NCBI GenBank assembly: GCA_007376395.1
Contig: VMGE01000007.1
Location: 8,037 to 72,036, forward strand
DNA: 64,000 nt
Direction: 5' to 3'
Source: Microgenomates group bacterium Gr01-1014_5
GTDB lineage: Bacteria; Patescibacteriota; Microgenomatia; UBA8517; UBA10165
Shown here: piece by piece, positions 9,310 through 17,178 of the stretch
How the letters are laid out: every line of letters starts with the position of its first letter
Position numbering within the stretch: the first letter of the stretch is position 1
Program-made: the position numbers and the translations under genes
Notes under the pieces: model-generated
Seen by the model: only the letters and a program-made list of their open reading frames with translations
Database searches by the model: none
What the model was told of the DNA's origin: nothing

Positions 9310-9349
9310 AAACTACGGGTGCATGATCCGGTTACTGTAATAAGTCCCG

Positions 9350-9850
9350 GTGCGGTTTACCAAACCCTGCTTAACCTTGAATGGTATACTTTCTTCTGTG
9401 AATAATTTATACAAAAATTCTAAATTTTTAACCCAAGCTGAGTTTGAAAAAATTGAAACAGCACTCGAAAGGGCTTGGGGCAGAGATACAACTTATCCTG
9501 ATACAAAAGACTCCTGGTCTGAAGAAAATAAAGCTTATGGCCAATGCGCCGTCACTTCATTAATTGTCAACGACCTATATGGCGGAAAAATGATTTATGA
9601 CAAAAATAACTTCCATATTTGGAACGAACTTCCTGACGGATCACAACAAGACTTCTCAAGAAAACAATTTTTGGATGAAAGAAATTTTGTGATTTATAAA
9701 TACAAAACAAAAGAAGACGTGCTGTTTGATGAAACCGGGACAAGGACACAAATCAGTGATAGATATAAACTTCTTAAGAAAAAATTTCAGGAAGAATATA
9801 AAACTCGTTTCAAAACTCACGCGCTAGCTTCGCTAACTTGTGTAAGGTGA
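9350..9850 (+). CDS. hypothetical protein (possible YunG-like fold)
   Basis: SW...NKAYGQCAVTSLIVNDLYGGKM resembles small conserved hypothetical proteins of the YunG type; weak. Confidence 0.35.
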   Translation: MRFTKPCLTLNGILSSVNNLYKNSKFLTQAEFEKIETALERAWGRDTTYPDTKDSWSEENKAYGQCAVTSLIVNDLYGGKMIYDKNNFHIWNELPDGSQQDFSRKQFLDERNFVIYKYKTKEDVLFDETGTRTQISDRYKLLKKKFQEEYKTRFKTHALASLTCVR

Positions 9851-9932
9851 GTTGAGAGAACCTGTTTTGAAACAGGTTCATAGTAAGTTGACTTATATCC
9901 TAGAGTAATGTAGACTACCTACTCTAGCTATT

Positions 9933-10619
9933 ATGATAACTGAAATTAGAAACGTTCAAGAGGATTATTTTATCAGAAGTAAAGAGGGCTTTGACCTTGC
10001 TTCTCCTCGAACACAACGCGCCTTGGAAGTTATGTGGAAACTGGCTTCTATTCCAGTGCCTCAAACTCCTCAGTTGAGTGGCGAAATAGACATTAAAGAC
10101 TTATTCACGGATTCGTCACTTATAGTTGACTTAGAAATATTAGAACAAGCTGGTCTTGTCACTCAAGACGCCGCACACCGAAGAAGAAAACGACTGGTCG
10201 AAGGGTTGGGTAAGGTTTTACACCCAGAGGGCACAGAAAATACTATTTTGATAGAACGTCTTCCCAAAGAACAAGGTTTGGGGTTTATTCTAACTGCAAG
10301 ATTTCTCGAAGTTGAAGATACTAACCAACTGAATTCTTCGGGCGTAGAAAGGCTTGATCACATCAAATGCGACAAAATGACTTTAATACTGATAGATAAA
10401 AAATATACCGTGTCTTTACAGCAAATAATTCTCGACCCGCGTTCACATCGCTATATCCACGGGACGGACAGAACATGGGTACCATTAGATTCAGTCGAAC
10501 CTGAATATAAAGATAAAAAAATTACATCAAAAGATATTAATATTATGTTGACTCTTTTAGCTGAAGGTCTTTTTTCGGGTTCTGTAGTTGGCAAAGCGCG
10601 GTCAATTCGGCTAGCATAA
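9933..10619 (+). CDS. hypothetical protein
   Basis: 228-aa ORF. Confidence 0.4.
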   Translation: MITEIRNVQEDYFIRSKEGFDLASPRTQRALEVMWKLASIPVPQTPQLSGEIDIKDLFTDSSLIVDLEILEQAGLVTQDAAHRRRKRLVEGLGKVLHPEGTENTILIERLPKEQGLGFILTARFLEVEDTNQLNSSGVERLDHIKCDKMTLILIDKKYTVSLQQIILDPRSHRYIHGTDRTWVPLDSVEPEYKDKKITSKDINIMLTLLAEGLFSGSVVGKARSIRLA

Positions 10620-10625
10620 CACTCA

Positions 10626-11171
10626 TCAGGCAACTGTCATTAACCTGTCCATACTTCTTTCAAATTTATGCACCTCAGCCTCCCCAACTTTCTTCGATAC
10701 TTTATTCCTCTCAAGAGCATAATGACTATTAAAAAATCCCAGTAAGGCCACCCTTGCGTCATTTGTTTTTTGCGGGAAGTCCCGTAATGCCTTCGTGTTA
10801 TCAACTCCAACAAGCTGAATTGCCGAGATCAAACACAAACGCAACCCTGCCAGTGTTTCAACTTCCGGGGTTACTCTTAAGCCTTGAATCCAATATTTAT
10901 TCAACACTGCCCTGCTTGCCTGAACCACCTCACTTTCTATGATGACATATCTTTTTACTGGAACCGCAACAGGCCAAGTGCTATTAGAGGAATCCATAAT
11001 AAATGAAGGGTTTTGGAGGAGAAGTTCTTGAGCCTTTGTAACAAAAAGTAAACAGGCTCCTTCAATTCGTCCCATTCGTCGTGTGTGGTCTACTCTTAGA
11101 CCTTGTAAATAGTACTCAGCAGAGGGAAAAGCCGGAAAACCTTTGAGGGTTACTCTTTCAGCTACGGCCAT
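10626..11171 (-). CDS. hypothetical protein with internal repeat (YYLQGLRV.../YWIQGLRV...)
   Basis: 181-aa ORF with two similar halves. Confidence 0.4.
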   Translation of the reverse strand: MAVAERVTLKGFPAFPSAEYYLQGLRVDHTRRMGRIEGACLLFVTKAQELLLQNPSFIMDSSNSTWPVAVPVKRYVIIESEVVQASRAVLNKYWIQGLRVTPEVETLAGLRLCLISAIQLVGVDNTKALRDFPQKTNDARVALLGFFNSHYALERNKVSKKVGEAEVHKFERSMDRLMTVA

Positions 11172-11235
11172 TTAAAAGCATTCTACCAGACTCTTGCTCT
11201 AAGTGCTATACTTGAGGAAAGGAGGCGATACATGG

Positions 11236-11433
11236 ATGGTTGTAGTCAAACCAAAACCAGGAGAATCACAAGACAAAATGATTTTACGCTTTCGCAAGAA
11301 AGTTGTTTCTTCGGGCTTATTGCTTGAACTTCGGGATCGCGAGAGGCATAAAACTGCCTCAGAACGTCGAAAACTTAAAAAATACGACATCATACACCAG
11401 CGCGAATTGGAGAAAAAGCGCGAGGCTGTATAG
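11236..11433 (+). CDS. rpsU: 30S ribosomal protein S21
   Basis: MVVVKPKPGESQDKMILRFRKKVVSSGLLLELRDRERHKTASERRKLKK matches the S21 consensus (RFKR...G.L.E.R.R..Y.KP..RK.K). GGAGG lies 10 nt upstream of the ATG. Confidence 0.7.
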   Translation: MVVVKPKPGESQDKMILRFRKKVVSSGLLLELRDRERHKTASERRKLKKYDIIHQRELEKKREAV

Positions 11434-11596
11434 AGATACAGTTAATCGAGCTGTAGATTTTTGAGAAATTCGCGGAAGTTCGCGCCCGCCTCATGCTTTA
11501 GGTAAAAAACGGGTTCCGAAGCCGGCAACAGGAATTACGGCCTTACGCACCTTTGACATTGTCTTTCAGTATATAGGTGTGATATAATACTTGACA

Positions 11597-11620
11597 AGAG
11601 CTGGTAAAAAAGCTCTTTTT
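11597..11620 (+). promoter_or_regulatory. hairpin plus T-tract immediately upstream of secE (attenuator/terminator-like), with TTGACA at 11591-11596
   Basis: AGAGCT-ggtaaaaa-AGCTCT followed by TTTTTCTTT, lying 8 nt before the secE ATG. Confidence 0.3.
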
Positions 11621-11627
11621 CTTTGCA

Positions 11628-11807
11628 ATGAATCCTGTTACTTTCCTGCGTGAAGTCAAGTCAGAAATGGAAAAAGTCGTCTGGCCTACCCGTAACCAGG
11701 CAGTTCAACTTACCGTCATGGTTATTGCCGTCTCGGTTTTAGTTGGAGCCTATATCGGAGGATTAGACTTTATCTTTACAAACGTACTTAATTCAATAGT
11801 AAAATAG
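11628..11807 (+). CDS. secE: preprotein translocase subunit SecE
   Basis: 59 aa. KVVWPTRNQAVQLTVMVIAVSVLVGAYIGGLD matches the SecE C-terminal TM region (WP.R.E). Conserved position before nusG. Confidence 0.8.
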   Translation: MNPVTFLREVKSEMEKVVWPTRNQAVQLTVMVIAVSVLVGAYIGGLDFIFTNVLNSIVK

Positions 11808-11814
11808 CTTAAAT

Positions 11815-12609
11815 ATGGCAGATCAAGATATAAGCAAACTCAACGAAGAAACAACACCCGAAGCACCTCAAACTGAGGAAACTCCGGTTGTGGAAAATCC
11901 TACAGATGTAGTAGCGCCGGTAGATGAACAACAAGAAAGCGCATCTGTAGAAGAAATTAGGCCAGTCGAAGATATAGACGAGCCGGCAGATGCAGGAGAA
12001 ATAGAAGCTCCTCCAGAAGCAATCGAAGAGCGCGGATCCGGAAAAAAGCTTAAAGGGCATATCGTTATCACCAAAAGCAATGATCCTAACGGCCGCTGGT
12101 ATGTCGTGCACACAACTTCAGGTCATGAAGCACGGATTGCTGAAAATTTAAGACAAAGAGTCGAAACAATGGGGCTTGAGGATAAAATCTTAGAAATTCT
12201 TATCCCCACCCAAGACCGCGTTGTTATCCGCTCAGGGAAAAAATATACCATCAAAGAAAAGATTTTTCCGGGGTATTTGATTATTAAAATGATTATTACC
12301 GACGAGGCGTGGCTTGCTGTCCGCACAACTCAAGGAATTACTGGATTCGTTGGAGCAGGTACAAAACCGACTCCTCTTTCTGAAACAGAAGTAGCCAATA
12401 TTGAAAAATTTGTTTCAGCCCCAGCGGCTCGCTATAAAGTCCGGTTTTCTGTTGGCGAGGCTGTTAAAATTACAGATGGACCTTTCTCGCAGTTTTTGGG
12501 AACAATCAACGAGATGGATGAAGCCCGCGGGAAAGTTAAAGTATTGGTTTCTATTTTCGGCCGTGAAACACCGGTTGAATTGGATTTCTTACAGATTGCA
12601 AAAGTTTAA
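11815..12609 (+). CDS. nusG: transcription termination/antitermination factor NusG (with ~90-aa acidic N-terminal extension)
   Basis: NGN domain (RWYVVHTTSGHE) and C-terminal KOW (GEAVKITDGPFSQFLGTINEMD). Conserved synteny. Confidence 0.9.
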   Translation: MADQDISKLNEETTPEAPQTEETPVVENPTDVVAPVDEQQESASVEEIRPVEDIDEPADAGEIEAPPEAIEERGSGKKLKGHIVITKSNDPNGRWYVVHTTSGHEARIAENLRQRVETMGLEDKILEILIPTQDRVVIRSGKKYTIKEKIFPGYLIIKMIITDEAWLAVRTTQGITGFVGAGTKPTPLSETEVANIEKFVSAPAARYKVRFSVGEAVKITDGPFSQFLGTINEMDEARGKVKVLVSIFGRETPVELDFLQIAKV

Positions 12610-12637
12610 ACTTGTTTCGAGGACGAAAGGACGAGAA

Positions 12638-13066
12638 ATGGCAGGTAAAAAAATTAAGGTTCAAATTAAATTAAGCTTAAAAGCGGGTGAAGCAACACCG
12701 GCTCCTCCTTTGGGACCAACTCTTGCCCAACACCAAGTCCCTATTATGGACTTTGTAAAAGAATATAACGAAAGAACCGCAGAGCAGAAAGGCAACATTA
12801 TTCCTGTCGTTTTAACCGTTTACGAAGACAGAACTTTTAGTTTTATTACCAAGCTTCCTCCGGTTTCGGCCATGATTAAAAAAATTTTAGGTCTCGAAAA
12901 AGGATCAGGAGCTACCCCTAAAGAAACAGCTGGAACGCTATCTAAAGCTCAAGTTCAGGAGATTGCCCAAAGTAAATTGCCGGATTTGAATACTACCGAT
13001 TTGGAAGCGGCCGTCAAAACCGTGGAAGGCACAGCTCGAAGCATGGGAGTGAAAATTCAAGAATAA
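12638..13066 (+). CDS. rplK: 50S ribosomal protein L11
   Basis: MAGKKIKVQIKLSLKAGEATPAPPLGPTLAQHQV...; canonical L11. Confidence 0.9.
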   Translation: MAGKKIKVQIKLSLKAGEATPAPPLGPTLAQHQVPIMDFVKEYNERTAEQKGNIIPVVLTVYEDRTFSFITKLPPVSAMIKKILGLEKGSGATPKETAGTLSKAQVQEIAQSKLPDLNTTDLEAAVKTVEGTARSMGVKIQE

Positions 13067-13839
13067 TGGGAAAAACAAAACTAAATATCATCGGACAAGA
13101 AGTTGAAAAGAAAGAAAAATCTTCTAAAAAAGATCAGAAGGTTCATCTAGCTGGACTAAAAGGCGGACAGCGCGTCAAAGTTATTGATGCCGAGCCAGTA
13201 GTAGCGCAAAATATACAAGAAGTAAATGAGGTACAAAGAGAAAACACAGAACACGCGAGAGGAAAGAAATATTTAGCAGCCCGCGCCAAAGTTGATCCTA
13301 AAAAAACTTACAACATAACAGACGCCGTAAAACTACTAAAAGAAACTTCCGTCTCTAAGTTTGACGGTTCGGTGGAATTACATCTAGTTCTAGCTAAAGA
13401 CTCTCTAAACACCAGTATCGAACTTCCCCATCCCACAGGAAAAACCAGAAAAATTGAAATTGCAAATGACGCAACCGTAGAAAAATTAAAAACAGGAAAA
13501 GTAGATTTTGACGTACTTTTGGCTTCTCCAGATATAATGCACAAGCTCGTTCCGTTTGCTAAACTTTTAGGACCAAAAGGTCTAATGCCAAATCCTAAAA
13601 ACGGAACTCTTCTTCCTGACCCTGAAAAAGCCAAAGACCAGTTTGGCGGAAATAACATCAACCTTAAAACTGAAAAATCGGCGCCTCTTATACACACGGT
13701 AGTTGCCAAAACAAGCCAACCGGAGAAAGAGATAGAAGAAAATATTAAAGCAGTATTAATAAATATTGGAGAAAAGAATATCAAAAAAGCAGTTGTTTCC
13801 GCATCGATGGGACCTGGAATTCAGGTTTCTGTTGCGTAA
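13066..13839 (+). CDS. rplA: 50S ribosomal protein L1 (N-terminal extension)
   Basis: Start overlaps the rplK stop (TAATG). L1 motifs DVLLASPDIMHKLVPFAKLLGPKGLMPNPKNGT. Confidence 0.9.
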   Translation: MGKTKLNIIGQEVEKKEKSSKKDQKVHLAGLKGGQRVKVIDAEPVVAQNIQEVNEVQRENTEHARGKKYLAARAKVDPKKTYNITDAVKLLKETSVSKFDGSVELHLVLAKDSLNTSIELPHPTGKTRKIEIANDATVEKLKTGKVDFDVLLASPDIMHKLVPFAKLLGPKGLMPNPKNGTLLPDPEKAKDQFGGNNINLKTEKSAPLIHTVVAKTSQPEKEIEENIKAVLINIGEKNIKKAVVSASMGPGIQVSVA

Positions 13840-13959
13840 ACGGTTGTTTTGAGTTAAAATACACTAATCCAAAGACAGTAGGTCGAGCGAAAGCGAGATA
13901 AATCCTACCGAGGGCAAATTTATATTCGCACCTCGTGTGCGTTTTTTTGTTTTATAAGC
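13840..13959 (+). promoter_or_regulatory. ribosomal protein L10 (rplJ) leader region with attenuator hairpin CGCAC-ctcgt-GTGCG + T7 at 13927-13948
   Basis: 120-nt untranslated spacer between rplA and rplJ, containing a GC hairpin followed by a T-run. The position matches the known L10 autoregulatory leader. Confidence 0.55.
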
Positions 13960-14490
13960 ATGAAAAAGAGCGACAAACCATTAATAGTTGATAGTTTGGC
14001 TAATCAAATTAAGGAAGCCAAGAGTGTTACCGTGCTTAATTACCAAGGCATGCCAAACAAACAACTCAACGAACTTCGCCAAAAGGTGCGTGAGGCAGGT
14101 GGAATTTTCGCTGTTTCTAAAAATACTCTTATTAAACGCGCTCTTGAAAAAGTCCACGACACTCTTAATAGTCTTAATATTCTTGATACCCTGCTTGTTG
14201 GCCCAACAGCAATTATCCTCTCCCAAAAAGATGAAGTCGCTCCTTTGCAAGTATTAGGTAAATCAATCGATGAGTCTGGGTTGCCTAAACTAAAATTTGG
14301 AATTTTCGACGGCGACGTCCTAGGTCTTGAAAAACTTCTCACCTTGTCTCACTTACCGGGAAAAAATGTTTTAGCTGCTCAGCTATTGGGAGCATTAATC
14401 GCGCCAAAATATAATATGGTAGAAGTATTAAATGGTAATTTACGAAAATTGGTGTATATTCTAGACCAAAAAGCAAAGGCGGTGAATTAA
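13960..14490 (+). CDS. rplJ: 50S ribosomal protein L10
   Basis: 176-aa L10 sequence in conserved position. Confidence 0.9.
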   Translation: MKKSDKPLIVDSLANQIKEAKSVTVLNYQGMPNKQLNELRQKVREAGGIFAVSKNTLIKRALEKVHDTLNSLNILDTLLVGPTAIILSQKDEVAPLQVLGKSIDESGLPKLKFGIFDGDVLGLEKLLTLSHLPGKNVLAAQLLGALIAPKYNMVEVLNGNLRKLVYILDQKAKAVN

Positions 14491-14493
14491 GAT

Positions 14494-14922
14494 ATGGCAG
14501 ATGATCAAGTAACACAAACAGAAGAGAAGGATACAAAAACACTTTCGGCAAAACTTGAAAAAATCGTAGAAGAGCTCGAAAAGCTGACGGTTTTAGAGCT
14601 TTCCGAAGTTGTTCAAGCACTCCAAGAACGCTGGGGAGTTAGCGCTACCCCGATAGCTGGGCCAGCAGTAAGCGCAGCGCCAGCCGAGGCAGCGCCACAA
14701 GCCACAGGTGGAGTACAAACAGTTGTTCTTACGAACTCTGGAGGAAATAAAATTGCAGTCATTAAAGCTCTTCGCGAAATCAATCCTAACCTAGGATTGA
14801 AAGAAGCAAAAGACATGTCTGAAAAACTTCCGGCAGAAATATTAAAAGATGTAAAAGCAGAAGAAGCAAAAAACGCACAAGAGAAACTAACTGCGGCCGG
14901 AGCAACTGTTGAAGTTAAGTAA
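14494..14922 (+). CDS. rplL: 50S ribosomal protein L7/L12
   Basis: Ala/Pro hinge and C-terminal domain VIKALREINPNLGLKEAKD. Confidence 0.9.
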   Translation: MADDQVTQTEEKDTKTLSAKLEKIVEELEKLTVLELSEVVQALQERWGVSATPIAGPAVSAAPAEAAPQATGGVQTVVLTNSGGNKIAVIKALREINPNLGLKEAKDMSEKLPAEILKDVKAEEAKNAQEKLTAAGATVEVK

Positions 14923-14925
14923 TTT

Positions 14926-14951
14926 TGTACGATATATTAATATATCGTACA
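14926..14951. promoter_or_regulatory. 26-bp perfect palindrome copy 3 (TGTACGATATATTAATATATCGTACA)
   Basis: Identical to copy 2; lies 3 nt after the rplL stop. Confidence 0.6.
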
Positions 14952-14956
14952 TTAAA

Positions 14957-14988
14957 CAAAAATCCTGGCTATTTAGTCAGGATTTTTG
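14957..14988. terminator. bidirectional intrinsic terminator between convergent rplL and the ATP-grasp cluster
   Basis: AAAAATCCTG-gctatttagt-CAGGATTTTT: a 6-8 bp stem flanked by an A-run on one side and a T-run on the other. Confidence 0.55.
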
Positions 14989-14990
14989 TG

Positions 14991-15317
14991 TTACACACCG
15001 TAAATCTTTGCTTCTAAAAACGTTTCGTCTTCATCCCGAATTTGAAAAAACATTTTTCCTTCACGCCGCTGGGTCACAAGTAACCCAAGTTTTGCCAGCT
15101 GTACCACCGCCCCTTCCAACTGGTCTTCCTCGCAAACATCACTTAACAAGCGGCAAATAACAACATAGCGCAACCCTGCAGGTTCGCCATTCACTCTTGG
15201 CGCTGAAGCATTAAATACCGTCTCCAAGATCTCTCTTTCTAATTCCCTTAAATTCCCGTATAACGCTTCGTCCAACACAGGGAAAGCTCCACCTATGTCT
15301 GCGTTAATTTCTCTCAT
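14991..15317 (-). CDS. hypothetical 108-aa protein, last gene of the ATP-grasp cluster (candidate substrate or partner)
   Basis: Start overlaps the stop of the upstream ATP-grasp gene (ATGA). No recognised domain. Confidence 0.45.
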   Translation of the reverse strand: MREINADIGGAFPVLDEALYGNLRELEREILETVFNASAPRVNGEPAGLRYVVICRLLSDVCEEDQLEGAVVQLAKLGLLVTQRREGKMFFQIRDEDETFLEAKIYGV

Positions 15318-16156
15318 ATCAATTTCTCTTCCCGTAAATCCTCAAGCATTTTTTCGTACAAAAGTAAAAGTTTATCTGTCCCGTTGTCGCGGACATAAAA
15401 ATCAAAAGCTGGTTTTGAGTTGATTTCTAGGAGCCACAATTTACCCGTACTGTCTTCTGCTATATCAAATCCGGCATACCCTATTGGAAGTTCGGAGAAT
15501 ACAGGCTTAAGAAAAACATTAAAACTCTCAAGACTTGTTGTGTCCTCAACTAAAACTGCTTTTGACCCTTCCCAGTGTAAAGGACTTAAGTTTCCTGCAA
15601 AAGTAGCGCCTTCCACGTCTTTAAGGTAAGCAAAAACTATTTCATTCTTAAAAACCACAACTCGATATTCTTTTACAACTGGTATATATTCTTGACCCAA
15701 TACTACATAGTCGTAATCTTTTGAAGTTTTGTCAAAAACATGTTTAACGGCAATCAAGCATTCGTCCTTATTGTTGCACTTAAAGACTCCCAAACCCCCT
15801 GCCCCTTTATTTTTTTTAATAATCACCGGTAAACCAAAGTTTTTTTGAATCTCATCGACAATTTTCTCACAACTAGAGGCGGTTAAGTATTCTTTCCTTT
15901 TCTCTTCAATGTCGGGATCTAGAAAACCTAAAGTACGCGGCATACGAATTTTATCTTTTAATAATTGGTAGGTAAATTCTTTGTCTTGAAAAATATAAGC
16001 TTCCGACTCTTTATTATAAGGAGTGGTCCAATTAGCGAAATAATATAGGTTGTTACCGGTGCTTATCTGAATTACGTTGTGGTTATTATCAATAAAACGA
16101 AAGTCGATATTTAACCTTTTGCAAACCTGAACCAAGCATTGAATATTAACGAGCAT
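15314..16156 (-). CDS. ATP-grasp family ligase (RimK/glutathione-synthetase-like fold)
   Basis: IIKKNKGAGGLGVFK and LLEINSKPAFDF motifs of the ATP-grasp superfamily. Start taken at the ATG of MLVNIQ; the tracked ORF begins at an upstream TTG. Confidence 0.7.
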   Translation of the reverse strand: MLVNIQCLVQVCKRLNIDFRFIDNNHNVIQISTGNNLYYFANWTTPYNKESEAYIFQDKEFTYQLLKDKIRMPRTLGFLDPDIEEKRKEYLTASSCEKIVDEIQKNFGLPVIIKKNKGAGGLGVFKCNNKDECLIAVKHVFDKTSKDYDYVVLGQEYIPVVKEYRVVVFKNEIVFAYLKDVEGATFAGNLSPLHWEGSKAVLVEDTTSLESFNVFLKPVFSELPIGYAGFDIAEDSTGKLWLLEINSKPAFDFYVRDNGTDKLLLLYEKMLEDLREEKLI

Positions 16157-16188
16157 ATTTATCCCCCTTCGCGAAACACTCAAGAGCG

Positions 16189-16293
16189 TTAGCTCGCGCC
16201 TCTGAGCGAAGTGTTTTTCGCTTCGGAGGGATTCTGCCTCCCTACGAAGCGTGGGGAGAAGATATCCTGACCGTTAGGTCGCGGGAGCTTCAT
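16189..16293 (-). CDS. candidate 34-aa micro-ORF (MKLPRPNGQDIFSPRFVGRQNPSEAKNTSLRGAS) between two ATP-grasp genes
   Basis: Its ATG overlaps the stop of the upstream RimK-like gene (ATGA). It coincides with a GC-rich imperfect inverted repeat, so it may equally be a structured RNA. Confidence 0.15.
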   Translation of the reverse strand: MKLPRPNGQDIFSPRFVGRQNPSEAKNTSLRGAS

Positions 16294-17174
16294 TTTGATA
16301 AACGTGTTTGTCTTTCTAAATACTGCACTATTTCCCGAGCAACGTTAATGCCGGTTGATTCCTCGAAGCCTTGAAATTGCGCACCGCGGTTGATTTCCAA
16401 AACATAAGGATTGCCTTCTGTATCGTACATAATATCTATTCCCGCGTAGTCGGCTTTAAAAACCTTTGCAGTGCGTTCTGCTAAATCCTGCATTTGGCTG
16501 TTTAAGGGGACGCCTTGCACAGCCCCACCTCGCGCAAAATTAGTTAAAAATTCTCCTTCTTGTGCGGTCTTTTTCATAACCTTCGGCAAAGCTTTACCGC
16601 CGATTACAATAACACGATAATCTTGTCTGGTTGTCAACATTTTTTGGAAAAGATAATTTGAAATCCCCTTCTCTTTTACTTTCGTCAACAACTCGTCTTT
16701 ATTTTCAATTTTAAATACTCCTTGACCGGAAGATCCGAAACTTGTTTTGGCAATTAAAGGGAATTCTAACTTGTCCCAATCGATAACTTCTTCGGAAGAA
16801 AACGAAACGCTGGGGACAACTGGGATTCCTGACCTAACCATGTCGTAGTGCTGCTCCAGTTTATTTAAACGAATCCAAGAAATGTACGTTTCTCTATTCA
16901 TTACGGGAATAGATTTAGAATAGTAGTTAATAAGAGCTACCCGCTGATATGCAAACAACGGCCCGACAAGTCCAGCGCCAGAGACGCGCAAAACCACAGC
17001 ACTTGGCATTTCTAAAGATTTGCCATGCATTAAAACCCTTACCTTGTTTGTAATTCCAACAACTAAGTCTTTATAGAAAAGGTTTTCAGCGCTATGACCA
17101 AGCAAATGTGCTTCCTCGGTAATCCGCCCAGGAGCATAATGTTCTGTTGATTTTGAAAAAATGTGGATACGCAT
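16290..17174 (-). CDS. RimK-like ATP-grasp alpha-L-glutamate ligase family protein
   Basis: PLIAKTSFGSSGQGVFK...YAGIDIMYDTEGNPYVLEINRGAQFQG: canonical RimK-type motifs. Confidence 0.8.
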   Translation of the reverse strand: MRIHIFSKSTEHYAPGRITEEAHLLGHSAENLFYKDLVVGITNKVRVLMHGKSLEMPSAVVLRVSGAGLVGPLFAYQRVALINYYSKSIPVMNRETYISWIRLNKLEQHYDMVRSGIPVVPSVSFSSEEVIDWDKLEFPLIAKTSFGSSGQGVFKIENKDELLTKVKEKGISNYLFQKMLTTRQDYRVIVIGGKALPKVMKKTAQEGEFLTNFARGGAVQGVPLNSQMQDLAERTAKVFKADYAGIDIMYDTEGNPYVLEINRGAQFQGFEESTGINVAREIVQYLERQTRLSK

Positions 17175-17178
17175 AATT

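Noticed and set aside
12401-12637. Upstream extension of the rplK ORF (track start 12401) and small ORFs antisense to nusG (11809-12111, 11868-12113, 12123-12326)
   Set aside because: The extension is in-frame read-through overlapping the nusG 3' end in another frame. L11 begins at the conserved MAGKKIKV with an AAGGA-type RBS at 12638. The antisense ORFs have no protein-like features.
2413-14951. Interpreting the 26-bp palindrome as a rho-independent terminator
   Set aside because: The stem is entirely A/T, no U-tract follows on either strand, and a canonical bidirectional terminator exists separately 6 nt downstream of copy 3.
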